From: Harriotta raleighana
Lineage: Eukaryota
NCBI GenBank assembly: GCA_050575255.1
Contig: JBNZDD010013722.1
Coordinates: 5,450,186-5,514,185 of the forward strand
Length of the DNA: 64,000 bases
Direction: 5' to 3'
In this document: positions 11,870 to 26,289 of the stretch, piece after piece
Position numbering within the stretch: the stretch's first letter is position 1
Layout of the letters: every line of letters begins with the position of its first letter
Notes under the pieces: generated by a model
Told to the model about the DNA's origin: nothing
Seen by the model: the letters and a program-made list of their open reading frames with translations, nothing else
Database searches by the model: none
Translations under genes and position numbers: made by a program

Positions 11870-13330
11870 ACAACAACAAAATCACATTTGTATAGCGCCT
11901 TTCACATCAGGAGGAAGTCCCAAGGCACTGAACAGTTACTGCTTCAGACTCAAGCTCATCTTCTGGATGATGGAGAGCTAATGGAGTTGGGCAAGGATGG
12001 AGGAGATGGGAGGTCACGGAGTTTGGAACAGTGAAGGACAACATGGGCTGCAGAGTTCTGGATTATCTGCAGCCTGTGAAGGGAGAAATTGGGAAGGCCG
12101 ACAAGCAGGGCATTTGCATAATCAAACTGGGTTGTAATGAAGGCATAGATGAGGGTTTCAATGGCTGGGGTGAGGTAGTGGCGGAGGTGGGGAAGGGCAG
12201 AGTGAATCATTGCTTGGATGTGGGGGAGGAAAGACAGTCGAGGGTGAGGTTGGTGAGGTTGAGTGTACAACCATGGAGGTTGATGCTGCCAGTGGGTGAT
12301 GCAAGAAGGCGCTTGTTCGAGCCAATCAGTAGGGCCTTGGTCTTGTTGACATTCAAGTTAGCTCTCATCCAGGACTTGATGTCTGACAGTCAGGAAAGTC
12401 AGGACTTTTCTTTCAGGAAAGTAGTAGTCCTGGAGTCAAGGGTAGAGGGAGAAAGATAGAGTTGGGTGTTATCCGCATACATGTGGAAGTTAACTACTAC
12501 TTCAAGATCTGTGTTCAAATCCCTTCACTTTCTGACACTTCCCTATTTCTCCGATCTTCTCAGTCCCCAATCCACCACTGGGTGCCTCCCCTCGACTGGC
12601 ACCGGTCTCCTGCTTGATCCTCGTACTCTTCTCCCTTCTATCGGAGGATGTGCTACACCTTGAAACTCTGAAATACTCTCCCGCCCATCCTCCCGCCTTG
12701 CTCCCTCTCCCCCTTTTCAAGTCTCGCCTGAAAAATCTTCCTATTTGACCATGCTTACAACCACTCCACTAGCTCGGAGTCAGACTGCGCCACTGTTAGC
12801 TGCTCTGAGACCATATCCTGCATGGAGGGTGCTGTATAAATGCAAGTTGTTGTTGTATCAGCCTTCAACCATATTCTTCCTGCGAAGTCCAGTTTTGAGG
12901 AAAATAAATGTTATTGTGCTATGCCTGCTTTCATGTAGGGGTTCACAATAATAATAATCCTTGCATTTGATATAGCACTTTTCATATTTTCTAGACTTCT
13001 CAAACGCTTCACAGAATAGACTGTAAAGTGAATTGACTGTAAATGGTGTTATCCACAGACATTGGGTAAATTTACACATGTATGTGGATGACACCCAACT
13101 CTAGTTCTCTGCCTCCACTCTTAATTCCAGGATTACTGGTGTCCTGACTGCCTGCCTGTCAGTCATTGTCCTGGATGAGACAACTTTCTACAGCTGAAAT
13201 TCAGCAAAATTGTCAGCGTCTCTGCAGCTCAGGTATTGGTAGCGTCAGGATCCACAACAACAACAAAATTACATTTATAGAGAGCCTTTCACGTTGGGAG
13301 GACATCCATAGATGCAATTTTGTTGTTGTT
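11870..13330. mobile_element. Cluster of L2 fragments in both orientations with interleaved SINE pieces
   Basis: 11870-12490 (-) encodes YAFITTQFDYANALL; 12500-12856 (+) is an L2 3' end; ~12945-13050 is a SINE tail; ~13055-13250 is a DDTQL-type RT fragment. Confidence 0.8.
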
Positions 13331-13619
13331 GTTTGTTGTATATAAGTAGGTGAAATGCGGTGGGCAATTGCGCACAGCACTGTCCCACGAATAGTTGTGG
13401 ATTGAAATTACCATTTTTTTAATGATAACTTCTTTGAATAGTTTCTTGATTACTCATAAGAACTAAGACTAGGAAAAATATCTATCAAAACAATGATTCT
13501 CACAGCTAGAACAAAAGTATCTAGTGATTCTTATGATGTTCAATGACCCAAGATTAACCCCCTCATATGCTGCACATGAAAGTAAAAGGAGATTGGCTTT
13601 GAATTTGCTGCCGAGCTTT

Positions 13620-13726
13620 CTTAAATAGAAACAGAAGTCATTGGGAACACTCAGCTGCTCAGGCAGCATCTATGGAGAAAGGAAAGTGAATCAACGTTTC
13701 GGATCCATGACCCTTCATCAGAATTC
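13620..13726. mobile_element. Penelope-like element terminal fragment with hammerhead-like core
   Basis: Homologous to 37565-37705, 52020-52110 and 59795-60001; minus strand reads CTGATGAAGGGTCATGGATCCGAAACGTT. Confidence 0.6.
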
Positions 13727-14294
13727 CGTTCTAGTTTACATTTCATACAGCACCTAAAAAGCCTTCACAAAGAATTGCTACAAAATGTAGTGTCTGTGTG
13801 TTTGTAGGTGAACACTGTAGCCAAGTTTCATACAGAATGAACTGGTACCTGGCTAGACCTCATCAAAAAATACCGTTCGTCTCTGCCAAATCGTCCTTAT
13901 ACAACAAAAAAAATTATGCTTTAATAACGAGTGGATGCAAGAGGGAACATTTAAGTTTACCAAGATAAAATATTAGAAGGATTACCTGAATAACCCCTTC
14001 TGGAACTATAAGACAATTACCCCAAATCTTTGGCAGTGATTTATGCAATTAGGTAGAGAGGCACCAAATGGAAACTATACAGTTAGTTTCAAAGTAAAAC
14101 AATGTCTATCATTTCCATTCATAAGAGGAAAATCATTTTAGGAAATTAAAATTATTACTTATAGATATTTGACCTCACCAATAGATTTGTTTTTCTTGAA
14201 GTAGGAAATGTTTTGTGTTGTATAATGTTAAAAAAAAACATTTTTTCAGTTCAACCAAAAACATTTGTGTAGATTAATACAACATTATTAGTCG

Positions 14295-17200
14295 TGTGAA
14301 GCTGCAGCGGAAAAGTTTTATTATAGTAAATTTGCATACAAAAATGCAGGTTATCTGGCACAATAAATAATCAGTCTGCTTTTGAAGCATTTCTTTGGAT
14401 GTAAAGGTTAAATTCTAAAAAAAGTCTGACTGCAGCTTTACATTGTGAATGCTATTTTACAAAGCTTTATGCCTATATTTGTACAAATACCAGTAGTATG
14501 TAAATACAATAAGTGTATACATTGTAAGCAACATATTTCTCATATCAGGGAAACAATTGTTGAAATGAAAAGAACAAAAATAAAGTTCAATTTGGAATGC
14601 AGTTAGTTTCTTCTATTTCAATGATTTTGGTTTAAACCTAATATAATACCCTTAAAACCAGTCACATTATATATCTAATTAGGTCACATTTTTAACATTC
14701 ATTTACAATCGGTTTAAATTTTGCACTTCCATGATGCGGTGTGCGTGTTGGGGAAGAAAAGAAAGGAAATATTGGCTTCAGTTCTTCATGAAGATCCACA
14801 AAATGTAAGTAATGAGCAACAGTCTTAGTTAGTAACACTGGTGGGATGTGGAAATCACCTGGTGCAGATCGCTTGATGTTCTTTCACAGAATGAAAATGC
14901 ACTAAAAAGTTTATGCTGTTATGTTACAGCAAATCTCGACTTCCAATGGATTTTGATGAAGATGAAAAATCTTAAAACTTTCCAATTATTTTTAGTCACA
15001 AGTGCATAACAATATATCGTGGCTTCATATAAAGATCACGGTGACTAGGGATATTTTTACAACATGATAATACATACAAACAGATACTGAGCCATGACAA
15101 ATTGTATCAATTTTTCTACAACTTGATAACTGCAATGTACAATTATAGTGTTTGACCTAGGAAAGGAAGGTTCATAGCACCATAATGAGGACCTGTTTCC
15201 TTCAACCAATGTGAATTAGCAGCAAAGTATACTTAAAAAAAATTGCAGGAGTGTTGCACATGAAATTTGCTTCACTTGTACCACAATAGTTTCACCAGCT
15301 GTTTACTTTCTCAACTGTATAAATTATACATAGTCATTTAGAGGGAGCTGATGGGACGGCAGCAGCAAAGAATTAACATATCATATTTTGGTTATCATAA
15401 CATTTGATTTTTTTTATATAAAAAGAGAAAAATACATTTCATACACTCCCTAAGTGAGACACAGCAACTCTGTGCAAGTAAAGCAAAATGACATATTTTT
15501 TCTTTAAAAAAAGTAAAACTATGACAATTGGACCTGCTAATGTTAAATAGAAAATGTAAAATTTTATATACAATAATTGTTTTATAATCTAATGTTCTAA
15601 TTAACTAATGGCACTTGAAACAAGTTTGTAACAATGGTTAAATGTATGCCCTCCAAGAGATACTCTGAAAGGACTAAAGTATATGAAAGTGCTAAAAATA
15701 TATGTTATTTTGCAACATGTTCTTTAGACAAAGTTACAACTACGCTATTAACTATGCACTTGTGTGTTGCAACAGTAGTCTTAAACATGTTACTCAGTTA
15801 CTCATCCATAAAAATAACTGAACCTTTGAAGAAATTCATTGAAAAAATACATCTAACATTTATGAAAATTCAGTTTTTCAAGCAGCATGCACTTGCTTGT
15901 GCTTTAATTGACATATGGAAATATATATATATATATGAGTGAAAGGTATCTGCCTTGCTATTACAGAAATCTCAGTTCCCTATAAAATGAATTTTTTAAT
16001 GCCAAAATTAAAAACAAAATCTATCCAGTTAATTTAGTCAATTGAGGCACATTATTATGCTTAACAACCTCAGTTACTCTTTTTCATGCAACACATATTG
16101 ATTGCCAATTAATTGTTTGTTCAATTTTGTTTGGATTTTCTCTTCACTATTAAGTATTGTAGGAATTTTCCTCCAAACATCTTATTTTGGTTGCTCTCAT
16201 TATTTGAACAGAGAAAAGAATTTAAAAATGCAAATAAACTGCAAATAAAATAAATGTTCTCCCTAGCAACTAGCAATATTCTATATAACAATGCCAGAAG
16301 TGTTTATTCTATTTATGGCCTTTCTCATGTAGATAAATGTTATCCCACCCCTCCCTCCCACCCCACCTCTCCCCCACAGGTGGTTATAGCACTTCAAAAC
16401 ATAAATTCATGTGCAGGTCATGTGTAAAAAGGTCTTTGAACAATTTAACTTTTACCAATCCTAACACTATTTCCCTTTCAAACCACACCAGACATAGATT
16501 TCCATTTTTTTCAGACTGTCCCATGTCTGTGGAAATAAATCCTGCTAGATTTTTAAACATAGCACCTACACATAGTACCTATATTTGAGGATATGAAAAT
16601 AAAACATGGATACAATATTTATTGGTTCCTTCATATGCCAAGTACACAATTCAATCTCAAACTACACTAGATTAAATATTGTATAAAATCCTATCCTCCC
16701 CCTCCAAATTTTCAGCAGAATCTAAAAAATACCAGATTTGTTTAATTTCCCTTATGGATTGAATATATTGCTCTTAAGGATATCTAAGTGTTAATAGAAC
16801 TGTATGAGTTTTATCTTTTTGCCACCAACTTCATATTAGAAGATACTATAAATCTTTATTTTCATTTGCCCATTATCTCCAGGAGGGGGAGAATGTTTGT
16901 CATTATAATGAATGGTGCATATATTATGATGCATAAGCACAGCCCTGTGCGTAAATGACCACCGTGTGGTGAGAGTCAATAGCTTGACGTAGGCAAGATT
17001 CAAAATTGGAATGCTTTCTTCACATTTTAAGTGCTGATCTGTCAATACATCCATCTATTCACAGGAAAATGATAGAATCAATTTTACATTCGTGGCCAAA
17101 CATAAATGCAAATTTTGCAATTCAGGTAGCAATCAACCAGCACTTCATGACAAAATATTTCCTTTATCTTATCTTTGGGCATTAACATTTAATACACTGC

Positions 17201-20200
17201 TTCTGTATATTGTGAAAATAAAATTACTGTGGAAAAATAGAAAAAACTATAACCGACATGATGCAGTTTTCATCATGGGAATTCAGTCCCATTCAGTACC
17301 ATCATAGAAGCTGCATAAAGTCAATTATATATAACAGCAACAACTTGGATTTACATAACGCCCTCTACACCAGACAGCATCACAGAGAGCTCCACAATAA
17401 CAGATACCTGGGCCGAGGCAGGGGGAGGGGGAAAAAGGTGACCAAAAGTGCGGTCGAAAAGAAAGCTGAGACCTGAAAAACAGGAAGAGGGGATGAGGCG
17501 AAGGAAGTGAGGGAGTTCCAGAGCCTCTGGGCTGAAGGCACGGCTGCCGACGGTGCAACGGAGGATTCAGGGGATCAGGAGGAGGTCAGACCCGGTACAG
17601 CTAAGGCAATGGGTACTGCTGTGAGGAAAGAGGAGGTCAGAGAGGTAGGGGGGTGCAGAATGGAGAATTTTGAAAACAAGAGTGAGGATCTTGAAATTGA
17701 TCTGTTCCAAGACAGGAAGCCAGTGAAGTCTGGCAAGGACTGGGGTAATTGGGAAGCAAAGTTTGGTTTGGCAGAGAATGTGGGTGGAAAAAGTTTGGAT
17801 AACCTGGATTTTGTGAATGGTGGCGGAGGGGAGACCAGCGAAGAGGGCATTGAATAGTCCAGCTGAGAGGTGACAAAGGCATGGACCAGTGTTTCAGTAG
17901 CTTTTGGGGTGCGATATTGGTGGAAACGGGCGATACGTCAGAGATCGAAGAAGGCGGTGCTGGTGAGGGACTGGATGTGGGGGAGGAAGGATAATTGGGG
18001 GTCGAACCTGACTCCTAAGTTGCCTACGGGTTCGGAGAGTTTTTGGTCCAGTCGGGTAGGTGGAGGAGTTGAAAGCTGTGGGATTGAAGATGTCGACGAA
18101 AGCCAAAGAGTTTTGTTTCTGTCTTGCCAACATTGAGCTGAAGGAAATTCTCGCTCATCCAGCTCCTGATGTCTGACAAGTAGGCTGACAGAACATCCGG
18201 GGCTGAGGGTTGCAAATTGAGGTGGAAAATTAAGAGTTGGATGTCATCCGCATACATATGAAGTGTACCCCATGTCTGCAGATGACATCACCAAGAGGGA
18301 ATATGTAGATAAGGAAGCGAATGTGGCCAAGGATGGATCCTTGGGATACCCTGCAGGTAACCGGGTAAAAGCAGGAGGAAAACTGTTGGTAGAGAAAACT
18401 GCTGGTGGTTTGCGGGGTAAGAGTCGAACCAGGCGAGTGCAGTCCCACTGAGGTGGATAGCGGAGGACAGTCAGTGGAGGAGGATAGTGTAATCGACTGT
18501 GTCGAAAGTGGCAGAGAGGACCAGAAAGACCTAACAAAAATTTTGGTTGAATACTACTATAAAAATATTGAGAATTATTGCTGGAGTGTTACTAGTGGAA
18601 TGCCCAGAGCTTGCAGAAAAAACATTCATTGTTGACACAAAGCTAGTTACTCTCTGCAGGTAGCCTTTTTTTTGCATTCACTGATAAAAGAGGAGTTCGG
18701 AAGATTGGTCAATGATTCATTAACTAGATCAAGTTATTGTTGACTAAATGCATTAATTCATTCCTATAAGAACTAAATGCTGATTCAACGAAAACAAATA
18801 TCCTTGAATATCATTTCAGGATACTGCTGCAAAAACAGTTACCATCATAAGAATTTACTTAAAATGTAGTTGTGCTAATCTTGTCTTGATGTCACACCAC
18901 CTCAACCCTTTCTCTGGATTTTTTTCTCCTGCAATTGCTCTCCCTTTCCCCATTCAAAGGTATAATTGGGGTAGAAGACAATAATCCTTCACCCAATAAC
19001 ACAAATACTTACCAGTGAGAGTGATTGGCTAGTGATTAGCAGCAGGAACCTTGGCTAATTTAAAAACTGCTTGGCTTTATTGCCACTCTTCTTGCCTTTA
19101 AAATCGTCCAATAAAAAATCTTTGACCATGTCCTTTGGTCAACATCTTTAAATCTTGATCTCAATGGCCAGATACCTTAATATAATTATAGTAAGTAAAT
19201 TAATCCTTACATTTCTAAACTAGTTCAAACAGAACTCTTGGCTTGTCTCTTAGGATATTGCTCTTTTCCGCATTATATATAATGAAAATTTTCCTAGATA
19301 TGTGAATCCTATTTTGTTGTAGTTTCATGCTTCCATTGTTTTCTTCAGTGGAAAACAATTTGGATGACTTACAAATCTGTGTAGCAAAATATTAATTGAT
19401 GATTCAGAAATATCAATAATGTTCTTGATCAAGCACAGTGCTGCTAATTTCAAATATAAAGGTAGTTTGGGTTCAAGGCATTGCATCTACTTTATCTAAC
19501 TCTTGAACAATCATATTATGTAATATTTATTACTTATGTACTTTAATGCACTCTAATCCATTGATTGTTTGGTTAAGATTATTGAATGAATCTTAAAGTG
19601 CAATATTAAGGCTGAAAAAGTTTAACTAGAAAATAATGAAAGCTTACTACGTCAAAACGAAAAGTAAAAATATTTCCATTACAATTTTGTTCTTCCTCAT
19701 CAACCAAGTGGAAAAGAAAGAGCTAATACACTTAAAACTGAAACACAACCAAACTGGTTAATATGCATGAGTGTGAATAATACCATTGGTAAATATCACC
19801 TGCATATGTGACAATATTGAAAACCCTAGAATAATTGACATAGTACAGTAGTGGAGTTCATAAATTGCTGGGATTCATTGTGATAAATGGGTTGTTAACT
19901 ACTAAACTATGAGCTAACTACCAAATGAATCGACTATACAGAATCTTACATATTTTTTTAAAAAACAGTACAATATTACAATATATTGACCATTTTTGTT
20001 TCAATTTGACTCATTTGTAGTGGGTTGAAGCCACATGCCATAATTGATTACAAAATCCCATAGGCTGACACTCTAGTATATTACTGATTGAGTACCTCAT
20101 AATTGGAGATACAATCCTTTCTAAAAGGTCCTGACTGCTTGATCTGATGGAAATTAAACAATTACATGACAATATTTTAAAGAGCAGAGTTCTGATGTTA

Positions 20201-22567
20201 AACCTCATCCAAATATATCTCCCTCATCCACCCAAATCATCTCAAAAGATTACTTTGTCTTTCATCTCATTGTTTTTATGGAACAGGTCAACTACAATGT
20301 TTGCTTATGGAAGAATCACTTTCAAGCAACTCATTGTGTGAAGCATTTTGGGAAATGATTCAACAAATACTGTATTAAAAAAACATTAATTGCCATTTGC
20401 TGTAATGAGTTACCAAGAATAATACAAGACTATCATCCTTTTAAAAAGCAAAAGGTAAACCAAAGATGGGAAAATCTATTGTCTCAATATTTTGGGTTAG
20501 CAACATTTCACCAATCTTATGTACTGTACTTAAGAACTCCCTGAATTAAGAGATAGATAATCTCTTTAGTTATTTTCATATATAAAACAATATGCATCAC
20601 TCATCACATGCCTCCAACTACTAACCAATGAAGGAATTAGACCAGAATTTTCAAAGCTGCTGCATTAGAATATAGCTTGGTAAATTTCCAATACTTTATT
20701 TGTAAAATGGCTCATGAGAATTCAACTCATAGCAACAGATCATTTATACTTTATAGACTACAGTATAACTGATCAAGCTCTGCCGGTGGAGTTCTAGCTT
20801 CAAATCTCAGCAAGTAACAATAGATTTAGGTGCCATTTTTAATACAGTAATTGACTTGTCAACTCAAAATAGATTCCAATTTGACCAGTTTATGAACTTT
20901 GAAAAAAGTTTGTTTGCTAATTCAAAATATATGTAGGCAGGGATTTTATTACCGATGTATTCCTAAACACAAAATAATGGAAACTACTTAATATGTGTTT
21001 GACTATTCCTGTATAATTTGAATAGATCCCTCAAATTTTTATGGGGAAGGGATTATACATTATTTTTTGTAAAGCAAAAAAAACTGTTTGCATTTAGTCA
21101 ATGAAGCAATGAGTTCAATTAGATTATAATAATTATATCAGGAAAGAGCAAATCCATATGCCCTTGATGGAGCAAGAAACCACTCAAGCATCTTTGAAGG
21201 AAACCAATTCAAAGCAAATGCCAGAATTTCAAATTTAGATGAGACCAATTCTGTAAGAAGGGTGGAGGAAACTGGTTTTCTCATAACATGTAAATGGTTT
21301 TCAAAGCAGTAAGTGAACAAAGTAAATAAAATATAGTAAATAACCAAAAGCGTTTAGCTATATATATATATATATATATATGCTAAATTACACTATACTG
21401 CTTACAATTTAAAGTAAATCAAGGAAAACTTGCACACTCTATTATACAAAGACTAAAAACATGAACATTGTATTTTCCATACTATGTCTTTCTGTCAGTT
21501 GATTACCTCTTATTAAAGTTGTACTTTATTTTTGAGATTTCATAGTAATTTATTGAAATTAAAAATTTGCTGGCTAGAATCAATACATTGATGGAGATTA
21601 ATATGTATTTGAAGCTTAAACGATATATATTTAAAAATGCTTATGGATTTTAAACAAATGTGCCTGAATATTCAAAGGTATATTGGTTGCATAAGCTATA
21701 GATAAGTTTTCCTAAATCATAATTGAAAAAAATCACTACATTTGTCTCATCTAGTTTGAAAGCAGAATTTACCTAAGATTCTTATAGCCATGTTATTGTG
21801 CAGACATTTAGCTTCCTAACCATTGAGGGATTTATTTTTTGAATGCAGCAAATTTGTTTACTGACCTCTATGGAAAAATTCTCAGCACAGCACAGAGGAA
21901 TGGAATAATTCGGAAAATTATTTGTGTGTTTTTAAATGACCACCTCAAATCCAAAGGAACCCTCAACTATCTGTAAGCACTTGTGGACCAACATTTTTAT
22001 AACAGCTTCCTGTAGGGAATAATAAGTAGAATTTCATTTTTAAAAATATCATTAAGCAGAACAGCAAGAAAGTCATTATGTATGCTGAATAGAATTTGCT
22101 TAAAACATTCACAAAAAGGATACAAGGCACTGTGCTTTAGCAGTTACTCTCATCACTAAAGATGAAAGATTACTTTTACTAACTATCATAACTTTATAAG
22201 TAGTATTATCTGGACCGTTATGGTCATTTTGTAGAATGCAGTGCTAAGGTGAATGAATTACTGTGCACCTCTAGACTCATCAGTTTAAGTCCTTGTAGTA
22301 ACTTAGAGCCTGATCTATTTGCTAATGGATCTGATGAAGTGTTGTCAGCAGTTGAGCTGCTGATAGGATGATCCCGTCATAAAGAAAAACAGACAGTTCT
22401 GTGTTGTCCATCTTTCCTTGTACTCTTGTGACTATTCGAAAAGCAGCATGGATATCAGAAACCTCAAAGTAGAATACAGCCCACTGGCTTTCTCTTTATT
22501 CTTCTGAAAGGTATCATATAGAAGTGGACTGTAAGAGAGAGCAGGTTGAATAAGACAATCTTAATCT
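14295..22567 (-). other. PLAG1: Putative long PLAG1 3'UTR with distal AATAAA at 14317-14322
   Basis: AU-rich, largely repeat-free sequence downstream of the stop, with clustered miRNA seed matches in 14690-15890. The true 3' end is inferred; other AATAAA hexamers occur upstream. Confidence 0.5.
17335..18530 (-). mobile_element. L2-clade LINE 3' fragment
   Basis: Minus-strand frames give VSQGSILG, MYADDIQL and WMSENFLQLNVGKTE; L2 tail at ~17335-17390. Confidence 0.88.
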
Positions 22568-23831
22568 CTACTGAAAAGCTTGGTGAAAACGTGGTAGGGT
22601 TGTTGTGCTTAGACTAGTTGCGAAGATTGTAGATAATGGATGAAGAGCATTGAGACCGATATTGTTTCCAGTTTCTTGTGAATCTTGGCACCGAGGTGCG
22701 AATGGAATGACGGAAGAGTGAGGCTCCTCCTGGGTATAATTCATTCCAGGATTGCCCAATGAAACAAGTTGATTGTAGGGAGGACCATTTTGTGGCAGGA
22801 AACTTAACAACTGAGAAAATTCCAGGCCAGATGTATTCAGATGTTCGTTGAGAAAAGGACTTTTTGAAAGTAAAACTTCTCCAGATCCTTCATCTAGAGA
22901 ACCTGTCTGGGATTCCAAGCCTAGTTTTGTTGGGGATGACTGAGTATCATGGGTGGAGGGCAACAAATCACTTTGTAGATCCATTAAATAACTCTCGATC
23001 TCACTTTTTAATGGATGTCCTTTATCAGGCATTGCAATGGCATATGAGGTAGAACCAAGAAAATATTTTGTGGCGAGTTCTTGAGAAGGGGAACGAATAG
23101 CTGATTCTGTTTCCAGTGGGTAATTCATTCCTAAAGGCAATGGTGCACTGACCATTTGGTTTGTTGATCCTAATGCCTGCATGGTTTGTATATGGGCACT
23201 GTAGATATTCATTTGTAAAGTATTTGTAAATGGCTTAGATGTCAGTTCACTGGAAACCATTGACATAACTGGACTTAGCTCATCTTTTAATGATAAAGAT
23301 TGATTAGAGCCAAATAGATCCAAAAAGTCTGGTGGCTCAGATTTGACCTTTAGCAGCTCTTGTGAATGACTTTTCTTCATGTGGCGGGTCAGATGGTCCT
23401 TCCGCCCGAATCTCTGAGCACAGTACTGGCAAAGGAAGTCCTTCCTTCCAGTGTGTACTACCATGTGTCTCCGAACATCTTTGCGGGTGTAGAAACGACG
23501 ATCACAGTGGTCACACTGGTGCTTTTTTTCCTTTGTACTACTTGATGATTTTCCAGCATGTGTCTTCAGATGCTCTAGTAACACAGCGGTATTTTCAAAT
23601 GTTTGTAAGCACACTTTACAGGTAAGATCACCACTGGTTGCAGCATGCAAAGCTAGGTGACGCTTATAGCCGAGCTTTGTATTGTAGTTCTTTCCACATT
23701 CCTCACACTTGAAGGCCTCCTTGTTTGGATCATGAGTCTGAAGATGGTTCTTTAGATGATCTTTACGATGGAACATTTTCTCACAATAAGTACACTTATG
23801 GGTCTTCTGAGGTGAATGGGTAGCCATATGC
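22568..23831 (-). CDS. PLAG1: Zinc-finger transcription factor PLAG1, last coding exon (fingers 3-7 and transactivation domain)
   Basis: AAG acceptor at 23832-23834; encodes (R)HMATHSPQKTHKC.., C2H2 fingers, SUMO-type motifs VKSE/LKDE/LKSE and the PLAG C-terminus TTLPRFHQAFQ*. With the upstream exon the protein is 501 aa. Confidence 0.97.
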
Positions 23832-25923
23832 CTTGAATAAAGAAAAGTTGTTATTTATACTAGAAAACCTATTTAAAAATATGCACAAACGCAAACTTCA
23901 TCAGCCTTTCCTCCAAAGTTGGAAAAGTTTAAATATTAGATGTCCACAGTAACAAAACTGAATTATTAAATCGGTCTATAATTATCATAACCAGTCAATA
24001 ATTTTGAACATTCATAAAAAATATTGAAAAGCTTCATTTAAATGTAACAGAATATAAATAATGAGTATCCAATTTATGAATTTACTCATCTGTTATGTGA
24101 AGAAAGGCATTTTTTTCAATATTAAAAGTTTTTTAAAATTTTACTGGAAGACAGTTTATGAATATTTATTTCCATGCAACTATGGTTAAGATGAAGATAT
24201 AATAATACTACTATTAAAATGCTTTGAAATAAAAAGTAAAGCTTTTCCATGCAAAAGTGGAAAATACAATATTAAGTTCTCTTGTTAAAAAGTGATATTA
24301 AAAATGAAACTTATTCATTGTATTTGACCATATTCCAATATCTACAAACTCAACATTCAAGAGGAAATGATAAAAGATGGATGGGTAAAATACTAGTACA
24401 GGAGAGAAGGTGCAGTTTATTTATAAAGGTAGCGAGTAGATAATCTGGACAGAGAGTAATGTAAAATAGAATACATAAAATGGAGATCACACTATGTTAT
24501 TTTAGAATGCTTCTAAAGTAGTATTACAAGTACACCTTCAGTAAAAGAATAGAAATTGAATTATGCAAGTCAGAGCAAGCTTTTTTCCCCCAAAATATAT
24601 AGATATATATATATATTCTAATAAATGACTTAAATACATTACTGGTTTAAAATGTTTTTTTCAGTATAACTAATGATAAATTTTGAATAAGGTAAGAAAA
24701 GCCAATATTAATGGGAAAAACAATTCATAATAAATGATGTTAACAAAGATTGTAGATTTTTTTACATAATCAGAATTTTTTTGCAAAATATGATTTTTGT
24801 TTTTAAAGTGTCTGGAAACCGTCTCACAGAATCCATCTCTGATGTTCCACTTTACTCATAGGTTAAGATTTGTGCAAAAGCAAAACAGAAATTGATGGTT
24901 TAATAGTTAAAGTGTTTTATCTGTTAACTATGAAACAGATCATGATTTTACTTTAACAAAATAACACATTAAACAAATTATTGTGAAAAATGTCTTCATT
25001 GCAAACAACAAAAACAGGTCTTGATACATCAAGACACTGATAATTGCTGAATGCCAAGCAAACAGCTAAAATGTTAGCAGTATATACTGAGAGACAGAAA
25101 AAAACTTTTGCATCACATGTGTACTTGGATTAGGTGGGTTTCAGGAGAACAATTCTTCAAATAATGTAAACATTATTCTAAATATTTGATCATTGTGATA
25201 CAGAGCATAAACTCAATATTCGTTCCTTAGATATGAATTTGCACATTTTACAGAACCCACCCAAAATAAAATACACCCAAGCATGGTTCACTTTTTAAAA
25301 ATGTTTTGAAACACTTTGCATTTCTAGATTCATTGGCCATAGAACCACGATATGGCAGTTTAGAATTGTCTCTAATGTTTGGAGAATCCCCGCACAAAAT
25401 TAAAATATATGTGGATGATGCTCTGCACCCCATGAATTAACATCATAGCTATCTCTCTTTCTAATTAGCAGTTAAAAATAAATCTAAATAAGGAGGACAT
25501 TAAAGCTTTTGTATTAACAAAATGTAAAGAATTCATATAACTCAGGCCTTGACATTTTTGTCTTTGTTAAGAATGCAAGAAAAACATTTGAATCATATTA
25601 TTGCCTTACATTCCTAGGTGCTGGTTTCAGCCAATGATGACACAATTGAAATTTTGAATTTCTGATTCACCTAACAAGTTGCATGATCTTAAAAAAGTTG
25701 GAAGTCTGAAAATCTAGCTGTGCAGTGAAGAATTTGTGGAGGAAAACGATTTGAGATATTTTGAAAATTGTTCTGTGAATGTTAATAGATACCTTGATAG
25801 CATGATGTCAGTACATATTTAATAGAAAAAAACAACCTTGATAATATAGATAAGGAAGTGTGATACCAATTTGTTTAGCTGCAGCAATTTTGTAATTCCA
25901 AGGAAATGCACAAATACATTTTA

Positions 25924-26289
25924 ATATTAATCCTTACATTTGATATAGCGCCTTATCACATCTTTGAGATGTCTCAAAGAGCTTCACAGAAGTTACTGTG
26001 AAGTGAACTGACTCTATATTTGTTGGTGAAACATGGCAGCCAATTATCCACAGCAGTGTCTCACAGATAGTCATGGATTGAGTGACCAAATTATTATTAG
26101 TTTTTGGAAGGGATTATGTCCCACAGAAAAGCAATCAGCCAATTGACTATCAACCAGGTTCCTACCTATTGCTGGATACACAGAAGTGTGTGGAGTAAGG
26201 AAACTTGCCCAACATTTCACCCTGCCCAGGAGTAGAACCCAGGTCCTCTCCCTTCCAAGGCGAGTGCTCTAACCATTAAGCTACAGGAC
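25924..26289 (-). mobile_element. tRNA-SINE, full length
   Basis: Reverse complement of the 5043-type SINE, head ending aagctacaggac. Confidence 0.85.
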
